Assembly: GCA_965262725.1 (NCBI GenBank)
Contig: OZ253555.1
Location: 1,472,001-1,536,000, forward strand
Source: Dehalococcoidia bacterium
Lineage (GTDB): Bacteria; Chloroflexota; Dehalococcoidia; UBA2979
DNA: 64,000 nucleotides
Reading direction: 5' to 3'
In this document: positions 63,716 to 64,000 of the stretch, one piece after another
Numbering within the stretch: the first letter of the stretch is position 1
Layout of the letters: each line of letters begins with the position of its first letter
Notes under the pieces: generated by a model
Seen by the model: the letters and a program-made list of their open reading frames with translations, nothing else
Databases searched by the model: none
What the model was told of the DNA's origin: nothing
Program-made: the position numbers and the translations under genes

Positions 63716-64000
63716 ATGAGCACGAGCGGAGCGCCGGAGAGCGTGGGGGAGCAGCTCGCCGCGCTCGTGGCGCGCGCGCGTGTATTTGACCTCGGTCATC
63801 CGCTAGAACCGACGATGCCGATCTCGCCGAACCATCCCGGCTATCGGATGGCCCTGCTCAGGCGCCACGGCGACATGGTGCGCCCTGACGGCGGATCCGC
63901 CGCAAATGAGATGATCGTGATGGGGGGACACACCGGCACGCACTTCGATGCGCTGTGTCATGTCTCGCACCAGGGAAAGCTTCACGGCGGCATCGACGCG
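63716..64000 (+). CDS. cyclase/kynurenine formamidase family protein (partial)
   Basis: Manual translation: VFDLGHPL...HTGTHFDALCH. Confidence 0.85.
   Translation, partial: MSTSGAPESVGEQLAALVARARVFDLGHPLEPTMPISPNHPGYRMALLRRHGDMVRPDGGSAANEMIVMGGHTGTHFDALCHVSHQGKLHGGIDA

Overview
This is a high-GC window. From decayed LRR, FN3/PPC, Calx-beta-like and SH3 surface-protein remnants I infer a Chloroflexota/Dehalococcoidia-type, possibly host-associated bacterium. Most of the window is a heavily rearranged accessory region next to a tRNA-Met(CAT) gene. 1-7.6 kb is an integrative-element backbone (tyrosine integrase, excisionase, primase, Rad52-family annealing protein, ArdC); an apparent inversion has split the Rad52 gene into two oppositely oriented halves. 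7.8-37 kb is a defence island: a PD-(D/E)XK-like nuclease, a type I R-M system with a HEPN toxin and an MNT-HsdS fusion broken by IS5, a deleted McrBC, a KAP NTPase, a complete IS21, and an intact Druantia-type-III-like pair (901 aa protein plus 1707 aa DUF1998 helicase). A 50-bp copy of the tRNA 3' half at 37470 lies inverted relative to the tRNA. 37.5-58 kb holds small enzymes, pyrF and stacked mobile elements. One is an IS110 whose bridge-RNA guides can be read directly and point at IS21 terminal repeats. Another is a group II intron inside a probable IS1380 end, carrying both an IS5 and an ORF-less second group II intron (a twintron). 58-64 kb contains aroA, tRNA-Met and an amidohydrolase/CoA-transferase/CitE/cyclase operon. 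All calls come from motif reading by eye; no database searches were run.
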